A DNA stretch of 41,748 bases from Terriglobia bacterium (GTDB lineage: Bacteria; Acidobacteriota; Terriglobia; JAIQFV01): positions 1 through 41,748 of the forward strand of contig JBAVHJ010000751.1 of NCBI GenBank assembly GCA_049685715.1, read 5' to 3'. Numbering within the stretch: position 1 is the first letter of the stretch; every line of letters begins with the position of its first letter. Positions 9,516 to 18,048 of the stretch are shown here, in pieces. The notes under the pieces are model-generated. The model searched no databases and was not told the DNA's origin. It saw only the letters and a list, made by a program, of their open reading frames with translations. The position numbers and the translations under genes were made by a program.

Positions 9516-9830
9516 TTGATATTCGCCAACCGTAGGAGAGCGAAGGGGGAGGAGATCCTTGGATTTCATTGGAAAGTGAGTGGTGGAATGTCCCTCTGGT
9601 TTCGACTGTGTTATGATTTCCATATGACCTTCGAACTCTTTCACGTCAGCTTTGGTTTTCGCAGAGCCACCGCGATGGCTTACGATGAAGACCGCAAATA
9701 CTATCAGTTGTTCCTCGACCTGGACCAGAAGATAAGATCGGGGGACCGCTGGGTCGTTCCCAGGGAATTGCAGCCCGGCATGAAGTTTGAATTGACCGCC
9801 GAGGAGATCACGCGGGCCAAAACCGCCTGA
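9516..9830 (+). CDS. Hypothetical protein (about 104 aa), weakly supported
   Basis: TTG start lies 10 nt after GAAGGAGGAAG and is in frame with track ORF 9399-9830. No recognisable domain. An imperfect hairpin follows the stop. Confidence 0.25.
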   Translation: MIFANRRRAKGEEILGFHWKVSGGMSLWFRLCYDFHMTFELFHVSFGFRRATAMAYDEDRKYYQLFLDLDQKIRSGDRWVVPRELQPGMKFELTAEEITRAKTA

Positions 9831-10021
9831 GTCCGGGAGTCTTCCCTCCGGACCCCTCGTGCGACCCGGGAAAGGATTTCATCATTGAGTCCAAATATCG
9901 AAATTTGAAGCGCACGAGAGGATCCACCCTCTTCCGAACATGAAATTTCAGCCGCTGACATTGCTTGTTTAAGCCGCAGTCCTACCCATGCGAGATCTTA
10001 AATCCCGCAGAGCCGAGGGGA

Positions 10022-10051
10022 CAGCAAAAGGGCTGCTCTTTCGGGCAGCCC
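10022..10051 (-). terminator. Rho-independent terminator of TonB-dependent receptor 1
   Basis: On the minus strand: GGGCTGC-CCGAAAGA-GCAGCCC followed by TTTTGCTGT. It lies 28 nt after the stop codon. Confidence 0.6.
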
Positions 10052-10078
10052 AAGGTCGACAGCACTCTCCCTGAAAAT

Positions 10079-13000
10079 TCAAAAAATCAGTTTCAAAGCC
10101 ATTTGAATATTTCTTGGACCGCCTCCGCCGAGGAAGGGATTCCCAATCCCCACATCCGGTGTGACGGTGATCGGCAGAAAGCCGATCCCCCGGCCCGTGA
10201 CCGGATTAATGCCATTCGTACTGGCGTCAGAGGAGAAGCCCGGAAGCAGCGGCGAGCTGAAGTTGGGATGATTAAACAGGTTGAAAAATTCCGCGCGAAA
10301 CTGCAACTTCACTTTTTCGGTCAGGGGCGTCATTTTCATGATTGCAAAGTCGAAGTCCTGGTAGTGAGGACCCCGCAACGCGTTCCGGCCCAGCGTCCCG
10401 AAATGCTGCGTCCCCGGGATACATGAGGCCGCGCTCCCATCGCCCGTGGGATCCAGGCGGCAGGGAACCGCGAATGCCGACAGATTCAAGAAGGAGTCCG
10501 GACCATGGGTCCCCGCGAAGGGGTCGCCGACGAGATCGGGACGAGGGAAGAACTCTCCCGTTCCATTGTAGTCATCGAATAAATTCACATGGAAGGGCGC
10601 TCCCGACTGCAACGAAAGCGCGCCGCTGACCTGCCAACCTCCAGTGAGCCGTTTCCAACTTTGGGACCATGAGGGAATCTCGTAAGAGAAGGTCCACGAC
10701 ACGCGGTGCCGGATGTCGAAGTTGGAGTTGGCGCGCTCGAGATCCGGGCGGAAGCTGTTCTCCGGTTGCGTGGCGTTGGCTACGTAGTCTTGCCCGTCGC
10801 TGGCATTATCAATGGAATGCCCGTAAGTCCAATTCACCCCGGAGGTGAATCCGTGCACATTGCGGAACGACAGGCTTGTTTGCAGGCTGTTGTAGTTGGA
10901 GGCGGCCGAGGTCTCCAGGTTGTTGACGTAGAAGAAGGTGCCCCCCGAAGGGGCAAAGGGGCCGTTATCAAAAGGCCGTGAGGTCGACACCGCCGGGTTC
11001 GGCGGCTGATTGATGTCCCGATATCGGAACAGCTTGCGGCCTTGCGAGCCGACATAGCCGACTTGCAGGACAACACCCTTAGCGATCTCCTGCTGGACAT
11101 TCAGGCTGAAATTCTGGATGTAGGGTGTCCGCAAGTCGCGCTGGGTGGCGAAAACATCGGAGTCCGAGAACCCGGTGAATACGGGGGCCCCTCGCTGCAG
11201 TGTGTCGATCGTTGAAAACGAAAAAAGGACTCCCGAAGGGCCGATCGGATTGTAGGCCGCACCCGGATTGAAGGTGTTAAAGGGGAGCTGACCGACAAAG
11301 AAATCCTGTGAGAAGGCATCATAGAACAATCCCCATCCTGCTCTTAAGACAGTCTTGCCTTTTCCGGTCAGGTCCCATGCGATTGAAAGTCGCGGGGCGA
11401 AATTGTTGAGGTCGCGGTTGTACAACCGGTCGAGACCGTTGGCGCCGACCGGGACAAGGCCCAGCTTGGGATCAAAGTTGCTGAATCGATTCCGTTCCTC
11501 TCCGATGACTCCGTAGTAATCCCAGCGCAGGCCATAATTGAGAGTCAGATTTCGACGCACTTGAAAGCTATCCTGAATGTACCATCCGTACGAGTTCTGA
11601 AACGTCCCTCGCTGGGAATCGCCGCGCGCACTGCGGCCGCCGCTCAGGTTTCCCTGGAGAAAGTCCTGGAGCGAAGCAAAATCGAGACGGCCGCGGTAGC
11701 CGGCATCAAAGAAGCCATTCACAAAGGTGCGCCTGAATTCATATCCCAGTTTGACGTTGTGCCTCGGCAGCTTCCAGGAAAAGTTGTCGATGAATTGCCA
11801 GTTGGTATCGACCCGACCGCGCGGGACTGAAAGAGTCGAGCCAATCGAGGCGAGCGAGGATCCTAGCGCGGGATCGTTGCGGATTCGAATGAAAGGCAAA
11901 CCAAAATCACGCGGATTCACTGCACCCGTATTCAACCCGATGGAATTTGGATCGAAATTATTGTCTTCCGGCAAAAACTGCTCCACAAAACGGTTGTACC
12001 CAAACCGCGCTTCATTGACCTTGGTGGTGGAAAAAATGTGGATATAGGAGAGGGAAATGAGCTGGACGCGGGTGGGCGTGACCGTGTTAAAACCGGGAAG
12101 AACGTTGCCTGACAGGATGGCCAGGGGAAAGCTCTGGCCACTATTTCCATAATAGTATCGACCGGTTACGGTATTGTTCGCGTTAAAGGTGTGATCCAGT
12201 TTGGCAATAAAGCTGTCGACGTTATTAAAGGCGCGGGTGGTGATGAAGGCATTGGGGGTGGGATCGAACAGCGGCACGGGCCGATTGGGAGCGGGCCACG
12301 GATTTCGGGCCAGAATTCCCTGGATAATCGGGTTCGTCGCGCCTCCCAGGGCTGCAATCTCCCTGGGATCGGGCACGCGGGCCACACTGTTCAGTCCGAC
12401 ACGCTCCCGCTGTCCCTCATAATTCACCAGCCAAAAGGTCTTATCATGAATGATCGGACCGCCCAGGACAAAACCGAATTGGTTGTTACGAAATGCGGTT
12501 TTGGAGTCTGTGCTGGGGTTGAAGAAATTACGAGCGTCGAGTTTGTCGTTTCGGAAAAACTCGTACACGCTGCCATGAATCTGGTTTGTGCCTGACTTGG
12601 TGACAATGTTCACCACGCTGCCGGCATTCCGTCCGTATTCCGGTTCGAAATGAGAGAGGACCCCCACCTCGGCGATCGCTTCGATGGGAAGAATGGTGGC
12701 GGGGGTGCCAAAGACACCTGCCTCGTTGATGGCCGGAAGATTACGATAGCCGTCGTTCATGTCCGTGCCATCCAGGAGGTAGTTGTTCGATCTTCCACGG
12801 TTGCCATTGACGCTGAACAGACCAAATGAACCCGGTGAATCGGTGGTTCCGTCGGGCGCCCCACTCGCCCCGGGGACCAACACGAGCAGCTTATTGAAGT
12901 CACGGCCATTGACCGGTAAGCTCTCGGCCTGCTGGCTTTCGATCAATCCCCCCAAGGTGTTATCGGTGGTGTCGACCAGCGGCACCGAGGCTTCAACTTC

Positions 13001-13369
13001 CATCGTCTGCTGGAGGGTGCCAGGCTTCAAGGTGACGTCTACTCGCCGCTCGCCCGCCACCTCAACCTTCAGGTTCGTAACCACGGCTTTCTGAAATCCT
13101 TTCACTTCAACAGTCATTTCGTAAGTTCCGATGGGAAGTTCCGCTACCACGAAATTTCCCACCGTATCCGTGGTGGTGGTTCGGATCAGCCCCGTGGCTG
13201 AGTTTTTTACAGTGATGCTGGCGCCCGGCACCACCGCGCCCGAGTTATCCAATATGGTTCCGAGGATTGTCCCCCGGAAGGTTTGTGCAAATCCCAGACT
13301 GGTCAAAAAAATCAGAATCGCGAGCGATACGGTTATCACGTAACGGGGACGGCGATTTAAGCCACGCAT
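10079..13369 (-). CDS. TonB-dependent receptor with an N-terminal carboxypeptidase-regulatory-like domain
   Basis: Start ATG 13369 lies behind AGGAGG and gives a signal peptide (MRGLNRRPRYVITVSLAILIFLTSLGFAQ). A CarboxypepD_reg-like segment follows (ILDNSGAVVPGASITVKN...VVAELPIGTYEMTVE), then a plug and a long beta-barrel ending in ...ALKLIF. Confidence 0.9.
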   Translation of the reverse strand: MRGLNRRPRYVITVSLAILIFLTSLGFAQTFRGTILGTILDNSGAVVPGASITVKNSATGLIRTTTTDTVGNFVVAELPIGTYEMTVEVKGFQKAVVTNLKVEVAGERRVDVTLKPGTLQQTMEVEASVPLVDTTDNTLGGLIESQQAESLPVNGRDFNKLLVLVPGASGAPDGTTDSPGSFGLFSVNGNRGRSNNYLLDGTDMNDGYRNLPAINEAGVFGTPATILPIEAIAEVGVLSHFEPEYGRNAGSVVNIVTKSGTNQIHGSVYEFFRNDKLDARNFFNPSTDSKTAFRNNQFGFVLGGPIIHDKTFWLVNYEGQRERVGLNSVARVPDPREIAALGGATNPIIQGILARNPWPAPNRPVPLFDPTPNAFITTRAFNNVDSFIAKLDHTFNANNTVTGRYYYGNSGQSFPLAILSGNVLPGFNTVTPTRVQLISLSYIHIFSTTKVNEARFGYNRFVEQFLPEDNNFDPNSIGLNTGAVNPRDFGLPFIRIRNDPALGSSLASIGSTLSVPRGRVDTNWQFIDNFSWKLPRHNVKLGYEFRRTFVNGFFDAGYRGRLDFASLQDFLQGNLSGGRSARGDSQRGTFQNSYGWYIQDSFQVRRNLTLNYGLRWDYYGVIGEERNRFSNFDPKLGLVPVGANGLDRLYNRDLNNFAPRLSIAWDLTGKGKTVLRAGWGLFYDAFSQDFFVGQLPFNTFNPGAAYNPIGPSGVLFSFSTIDTLQRGAPVFTGFSDSDVFATQRDLRTPYIQNFSLNVQQEIAKGVVLQVGYVGSQGRKLFRYRDINQPPNPAVSTSRPFDNGPFAPSGGTFFYVNNLETSAASNYNSLQTSLSFRNVHGFTSGVNWTYGHSIDNASDGQDYVANATQPENSFRPDLERANSNFDIRHRVSWTFSYEIPSWSQSWKRLTGGWQVSGALSLQSGAPFHVNLFDDYNGTGEFFPRPDLVGDPFAGTHGPDSFLNLSAFAVPCRLDPTGDGSAASCIPGTQHFGTLGRNALRGPHYQDFDFAIMKMTPLTEKVKLQFRAEFFNLFNHPNFSSPLLPGFSSDASTNGINPVTGRGIGFLPITVTPDVGIGNPFLGGGGPRNIQMALKLIF

Positions 13370-13604
13370 GGTGACCTCCTGTTGCCGAATCGAACGGTTG
13401 GTGATGAACGGTCTGTTGTCGGTTGTGTAACCAGTGGAGTACCCGCAGATTATAAGCAAAAGGGAGGGAGGAGAAGAAGCGTTTCTTTTTGAGCCAAAAA
13501 GTCAGGCACCCGATTGTGCATATTGAACCTTGACTTTGACTTCAACAGGATGAAATGATTCTTCCGCTCGGATTTCTTGAGTGGAGAAGAGAGGCTGCGT
13601 TGTC

Positions 13605-14732
13605 ATGGATCTCGTTGACTATTTCAGAAAGCAACAAGGTCAGATCGTTGGGATGATCAGGGAACTAGTCGAAATGGAGTCTCCCTCGGATGACAAGGCA
13701 GCCATTGATCTATTCGTGGACCACCTTTCGACTCAGTTTCGCTCTGTGGAGGTGGCGTCGAGGGTCGTTCGCGCCAACGGGTTTGGAAACCATCTCCGTT
13801 TGGTCGCGGGTCGGGGACGAAGGCAGGTCTTCGTTTTGGGGCACACCGATACCGTATGGCCCAAGGGGACCCTTCAACGGATTCCATTTAGAATTGAAGG
13901 GAATCGTGCGCGTGGGCCGGGAATTTTTGACATGAAAGCGAGTCTCGCGGCTTTCTTCTTTGCCTTAAAGGCCATCCGCGACTTGAGCTTGGAGACCCCT
14001 CGACGGATCGTCGCCCTCTTCGATTCGGATGAGGAGGTGGGGAGCCACTCTTCGCGAAACCTTATCCTCTCGGAAGCCAAGAAAAGCGATCACGTTTTTG
14101 TCCTTGAGCCATCAATCTCACCTCACGGAGGTCTGAAGACGGCGCGTAAGGGGGTGGGTGTCTTCCGCCTGAAGGTTCACGGCGTGGCGGCGCACGCAGG
14201 CATCGCTCATGAAGCTGGGGTGAACGCCATTGAAGAGCTTTCCCGGCAGGTGGTAAGACTTCAGGCCATGACCCATCGCAGGAAGGGAACGACGGTCAAT
14301 GTGGGCCTCATTAATGGAGGCACCCGTTCGAATGTGGTCCCCGCACATGCGGAGATTGAGATCGATGTACGAGTGAAAACGTCGCAGGATGGGCATCGAA
14401 TTACAAAGCGGATTTACGGCTTGAGACCTTTTAACCGACGGGCTCGGCTCGAAATCTCTGGCGGTATCAATCGGCCCCCGCTCGAGCGCACTCCGGAGAT
14501 CGCCGCTTTGTTCAGACGGGCCAGGACGATCGGCCGTGAATTGGGCCTCCATCTCATGGAAGGTTCGACTGGCGGGGGCAGCGATGGTAATTTCACAGCC
14601 GCCCTCGGTGTGCCGACCCTCGATGGGCTGGGTATGATTGGCGATGGAGCACACTCCGTGGATGAATATATCGTGTTGGATCGATTGCCGGAGCGTGTGG
14701 CGTTACTCACACGCCTGTTGACCATGAAATAA
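13605..14732 (+). CDS. M20 family metallopeptidase (carboxypeptidase G2/glutamate carboxypeptidase-like)
   Basis: Motifs VLGHTDTV, GPGIFDMKA, FDSDEEVGS and GGSDGNF are typical of M20 peptidases. ATG 13605 is preceded by GGAGAAGAGAGG. Confidence 0.85.
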   Translation: MDLVDYFRKQQGQIVGMIRELVEMESPSDDKAAIDLFVDHLSTQFRSVEVASRVVRANGFGNHLRLVAGRGRRQVFVLGHTDTVWPKGTLQRIPFRIEGNRARGPGIFDMKASLAAFFFALKAIRDLSLETPRRIVALFDSDEEVGSHSSRNLILSEAKKSDHVFVLEPSISPHGGLKTARKGVGVFRLKVHGVAAHAGIAHEAGVNAIEELSRQVVRLQAMTHRRKGTTVNVGLINGGTRSNVVPAHAEIEIDVRVKTSQDGHRITKRIYGLRPFNRRARLEISGGINRPPLERTPEIAALFRRARTIGRELGLHLMEGSTGGGSDGNFTAALGVPTLDGLGMIGDGAHSVDEYIVLDRLPERVALLTRLLTMK

Positions 14733-14844
14733 GGTTATCAGCGAGCCTCGCGGGCAGGAGTGGTAGGATGCGGTGGGCCGAGGAGCTCTGCCTGAATTCA
14801 TCTTTGTACGAAACTCAAAAAGACCGCACGGTCCAGGCGTTTTC

Positions 14845-15861
14845 ATGTCGCGTCAGATTAAGCCCCCACATAATAAACAACGTATCCTGAATGCGCCGAA
14901 GTTCCCCCACCAAAGCAATCGGCATTGGCTCATCCTGCCTTTAATTCTTGCGTGCCTGCTTGGCGGCTCCCTTTCTCTGGCTCAAAAGAAGAAGAAAGGG
15001 ACTCTCGAGCCACAGCCCACCGGTCAGCCTCCGATTCGGGTCCAGGTCGACCTCGTTAATCTTTACACCGCGGTTTTTGATCAGAACGGAAAGATCGTGG
15101 CCGGCCTAAAGAAGTCCGATTTCACCGTCTTCGAAGACAATGTTCAACAGAATATCTCGATCTTCGATGTCGAGACCGACACGCCGGTAACGGTGGGGAT
15201 ACTTATCGATACAAGTGGAAGCATGGCCGACGGAAAGCTCGAAAAGGCCGAAGAAGCAGCCCAACAGCTTGCCCACACCCTTTCCCCGAAGGATGAAATC
15301 TTTGTGATGGGATTTACCGATCAACCCTATTCCCTGGTTGACTTCACCTCGGCGGACACGGATCTGAGCCGGATCCTCTCGCGACTGGTAGCCAAAGGCG
15401 CCACCTCAGTGGGTGCAGGGGTCGAAGAGGCGATTCTCAAAATGCGCGATGCGTCCAACAAGAAGCAAGCCGTCGTTGTGATTTCGGACGGGCTGGATAT
15501 TCCGGGAGGCGGGGTGATCGATAAGATTCGAAGCCACGAGACCCTTGTCTATGCGATTGGTTTGAAGGGTGTCGGAGGCATCATGGGATTGGCGGCCCAT
15601 ATCCAGGCCCTCAATGTCCGGGGCTCGTCTCTCAACGTCTATGCCAACGAGAGTGGAGGCAAAGCGATCTTTGTGAAGACGCTGGATGAAGTGCCGCAGG
15701 CCTGCCGGGACATCGTCTATGATCTGAAAGGGCAGTATCAAATCGGATATTATCCTACCAATACCGCGCGGGACGGCAAGTACCGGCGTATCAAAGTGCA
15801 GATTCATTCCCCTGAATTCACGGTTCGATACCGCCGGGGTTATTATGCGCCCCGTCGGTAA
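14845..15861 (+). CDS. VWA domain-containing protein (VWFA-related acidobacterial type)
   Basis: A TM/signal segment is followed by IRVQVDLVNLYTAVFDQNGK...DFTVFEDNVQQ and the MIDAS-like ILIDTSGSM. The start is uncertain: ATG 14845 was chosen, and the track gives GTG 14773. Confidence 0.8.
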   Translation: MSRQIKPPHNKQRILNAPKFPHQSNRHWLILPLILACLLGGSLSLAQKKKKGTLEPQPTGQPPIRVQVDLVNLYTAVFDQNGKIVAGLKKSDFTVFEDNVQQNISIFDVETDTPVTVGILIDTSGSMADGKLEKAEEAAQQLAHTLSPKDEIFVMGFTDQPYSLVDFTSADTDLSRILSRLVAKGATSVGAGVEEAILKMRDASNKKQAVVVISDGLDIPGGGVIDKIRSHETLVYAIGLKGVGGIMGLAAHIQALNVRGSSLNVYANESGGKAIFVKTLDEVPQACRDIVYDLKGQYQIGYYPTNTARDGKYRRIKVQIHSPEFTVRYRRGYYAPRR

Positions 15862-15892
15862 GGACAAGAGTCAGAGGCCGGAAACGATCTTG

Positions 15893-15922
15893 TTGACAGC
15901 TGTCCCATCCCAGCGCTAGATT
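15893..15922 (+). promoter_or_regulatory. Candidate sigma70-type promoter upstream of the SDR gene
   Basis: TTGACA (15893-15898), an 18-nt spacer, then TAGATT (15917-15922). It lies about 100 nt upstream of ATG 16022. Confidence 0.3.
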
Positions 15923-16021
15923 CATTCCCGTAAAACGATCGAGCGTTCGTTTTTTTAATATTTTCGACCTCTCGGGGATGCTCTTTCCCCCGGGGTCCAT
16001 CTGACGGAGGAGGCCGCCATC

Positions 16022-16804
16022 ATGATAGAGACCGGGCTCAAGAACAAGGTGGTGATTGTCACGGGCGGATCGGCCGGCATCGGCCGCGCGACGGCCCATC
16101 GCTTTGCGAAAGAAGGGTGCCGGATTGCCGCGTGGGATGTGAAGGAGGAAGGGGCTTCAGCCCTGTTGGAGGAGCTGAAATCCGCTGGTGGGGAGGCTGT
16201 TTTTCAGCGCGTGGATGTGACAGACGCTGCGGCCGTGGAGGCCGCGGTCCAAACGGTCATGACCCAATGGAGCAGGATTGACATTCTCATCAACAATGCC
16301 GGGATTACCAAAGATGCTCAGGTCGTGAAGTGGAAAGACGGGGCGGTGGCCTCGACCATGACCGAGCAGGCTTTTGATGCGGTCATCGCGGTGAACCTCA
16401 AAGGGGTCTTCCTTTGCACGCGTGCGGTAGTCCCTCATATGATCAGAGCGGGTTCGGGGGTGATCTTGAATGCCTCCTCAGTGGTGGGCTTGTACGGGAA
16501 CTTCGGTCAGACGAATTACGCATCCACCAAGGCAGGCGTCATTGCCATGACCCAGACGTGGGCGCGAGAGCTGGGTCGTTACAAGATCCGCGTCAATGCG
16601 GTGGCCCCCGGATTTATCGCCACGGAAATGGTCAAGGCCATGCCCGAGAAGGTGATTCAATCGATGATCTCGCATACTCCCGTCGGACGCCTGGGTGAGC
16701 CGGAGGACATTGCCGATGCTTACGTTTGGCTTGCTTCCGACGCCGCCACTTATGTACACGGGACGGTGTTGTCGGTCGATGGCGGAATCGTGTTGGGGAC
16801 TTAA
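16022..16804 (+). CDS. Short-chain dehydrogenase/reductase, 3-oxoacyl-ACP reductase (FabG)-like
   Basis: Contains TGGSAGIGRA, NNAG and the catalytic S...YxxxK (YASTKAG). GGAGGAGG lies upstream of the ATG. Confidence 0.85.
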   Translation: MIETGLKNKVVIVTGGSAGIGRATAHRFAKEGCRIAAWDVKEEGASALLEELKSAGGEAVFQRVDVTDAAAVEAAVQTVMTQWSRIDILINNAGITKDAQVVKWKDGAVASTMTEQAFDAVIAVNLKGVFLCTRAVVPHMIRAGSGVILNASSVVGLYGNFGQTNYASTKAGVIAMTQTWARELGRYKIRVNAVAPGFIATEMVKAMPEKVIQSMISHTPVGRLGEPEDIADAYVWLASDAATYVHGTVLSVDGGIVLGT

Positions 16805-16845
16805 CAAATCCTTCTTCGAATACCACATTATAAAGGACAATTTTT

Positions 16846-17838
16846 ATGAACCGTTATGGAACGATCGTTTCGACAGGTCGCTATCTTCCGGAGATCGAAG
16901 TCAGCAACGACACGCTTCGAAAGCAATTGGCTCATGTGCCGGATTTTGTTGACAAGATGGAGGCCGCGACGGGGATCATGACACGCTGGCACGCCCCGGA
17001 GGACTGGACGACATCGGATGTGGCGTTGCCGGCCGCGCGACAGGCCCTGGAGCGGGCGCATCGGAAACCTGAGGAGGTTGACCTGATTATCCTGGGTACG
17101 GATTCCCCCGATTACATTACCCCTTCTACTTCCGTTGTTCTCCAGCATAAGCTCGGTGCAATAAATGCCGGCACATTCGATGTCGGCTGCGCTTGTGCCT
17201 CTTTTCCTACGGGGCTTAACGCCGCGGCGGGCTTGATCGCAACGAACCCCTCGCTGCGCACAGTCCTGGTCGTGGGCGTCTATCTGATGCATAAACTGGC
17301 CGATCCAAAGGACCCCATGACCTTTTTTTATGGGGACGGCGCCGGCGCGGCGGTGATAGAACCGAGCGAGCATCCTGGTTTTCTTGCCGCGGCATTCAAA
17401 GCGGATGGGTCGTATCATAGCTATTGGGGTCTTTACTCGGGGGGAACTTTTGAACCGGCGAGTGAAGACGCACTCCGCGCCGGCCGGACACGAGTCAGAA
17501 TGATCAATCGATATCCTCCGGAGATCAATGACCGGGGCTGGCCGACCATAGTCCGTCGAGTGGCAGAGAATGGTGGGTTTGAGGTTGAGGAAATTGACTT
17601 CATTATTTTCACCCAGGTCCGAAAACCTACCATTGAGCTTGTGATGAAGGATTTGGGATTGCCGATGGAGCGCACGCATACCGTGATGGAGAAGTTTGGT
17701 TACACCGGTTCAGCGTGCATCGGGATGGCCCTGGATGACGCACTAGAAAAAGGCAGGATCCGGTCAGATGACCTGGTGGTTCTGGTGGGCTCCGGGGTGG
17801 GCTACAATCAGGCGGCAACGGCCATCCGAATGCCTTGA
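16846..17838 (+). CDS. KAS III (FabH)-family protein with a non-canonical catalytic triad
   Basis: Collinear with E. coli FabH by hand alignment: FDVGCACASF aligns with FDVAAACAGF, FYGDGAGAAV with FGDGAGAAV, and the C-terminal GxGxxxxA region also aligns. The nucleophilic Cys is present, but Thr and Tyr occupy the positions of His244 and Asn274. Confidence 0.85.
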   Translation: MNRYGTIVSTGRYLPEIEVSNDTLRKQLAHVPDFVDKMEAATGIMTRWHAPEDWTTSDVALPAARQALERAHRKPEEVDLIILGTDSPDYITPSTSVVLQHKLGAINAGTFDVGCACASFPTGLNAAAGLIATNPSLRTVLVVGVYLMHKLADPKDPMTFFYGDGAGAAVIEPSEHPGFLAAAFKADGSYHSYWGLYSGGTFEPASEDALRAGRTRVRMINRYPPEINDRGWPTIVRRVAENGGFEVEEIDFIIFTQVRKPTIELVMKDLGLPMERTHTVMEKFGYTGSACIGMALDDALEKGRIRSDDLVVLVGSGVGYNQAATAIRMP

Positions 17839-17890
17839 ACAAATCGCGCTAGTCTCGAATCCAGCAAGACCGGTGAAGATGCAGGAGCCA

Positions 17891-18019
17891 GGTGTCGGGT
17901 GTCAGGAGAAAGAAGCCGGAGGCCGGAAGTCAGAAATTAGAGATCAAAGGCCGGAAGCCGGAAAAAGTATTCAGATTTTGAACTTTGACCTTTGGTCTTT
18001 GAGCTGTCTCCTGGTCCTT
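17891..18019. repeat. Heptamer-periodic tandem repeat tract in the KAS III-like / AMP-ligase spacer
   Basis: GGTGTCG GGTGTCA at 17891-17904. From 17915 the in-register heptads are GCCGGAG GCCGGAA GTCAGAA ATTAGAG ATCAAAG GCCGGAA GCCGGAA AAAGTAT TCAGATT TTGAACT TTGACCT TTGGTCT TTGAGCT. Confidence 0.55.
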
Positions 18020-18048
18020 AAAAGAGTATCTCCTTCCTAAATACATTC

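Noticed and set aside
13523-13545. TTGAACCTTGACTTTGAC upstream of the M20 peptidase resembles TTGAACTTTGACCTTTGGTC in the heptad tract at 17978-17997, suggesting a shared regulatory motif.
   Set aside because: A 12-of-13 match between two low-complexity T/G/A-rich stretches is expected by chance several times across about 5 kb of intergenic DNA. It would need genome-wide motif enrichment before being believed.
16828-17679. Long antisense ORFs inside well-supported genes: 16828-17679 minus (283 aa), 25405-26196 minus (263 aa), 14118-14654 minus (178 aa), 21344-21745 minus (133 aa), 23921-24520 plus (199 aa), 35152-35552 plus, and similar.
   Set aside because: Each lies fully opposite a gene with clear family motifs. 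Their compositions are Arg/Gly/Pro-rich and low in complexity, and they lack ribosome-binding sites. These are the shadow ORFs expected in GC-rich coding DNA.
17903-18014. The spacer repeat tract forming one long hairpin (CAGGAGA at 17903-17909 pairing with TCTCCTG at 18008-18014).
   Set aside because: Only 7 bp pair across a loop of about 100 nt. The GCCGGAA and TTGNNCT heptads are not complementary to each other, so the tract is a direct-repeat array, not a palindrome.
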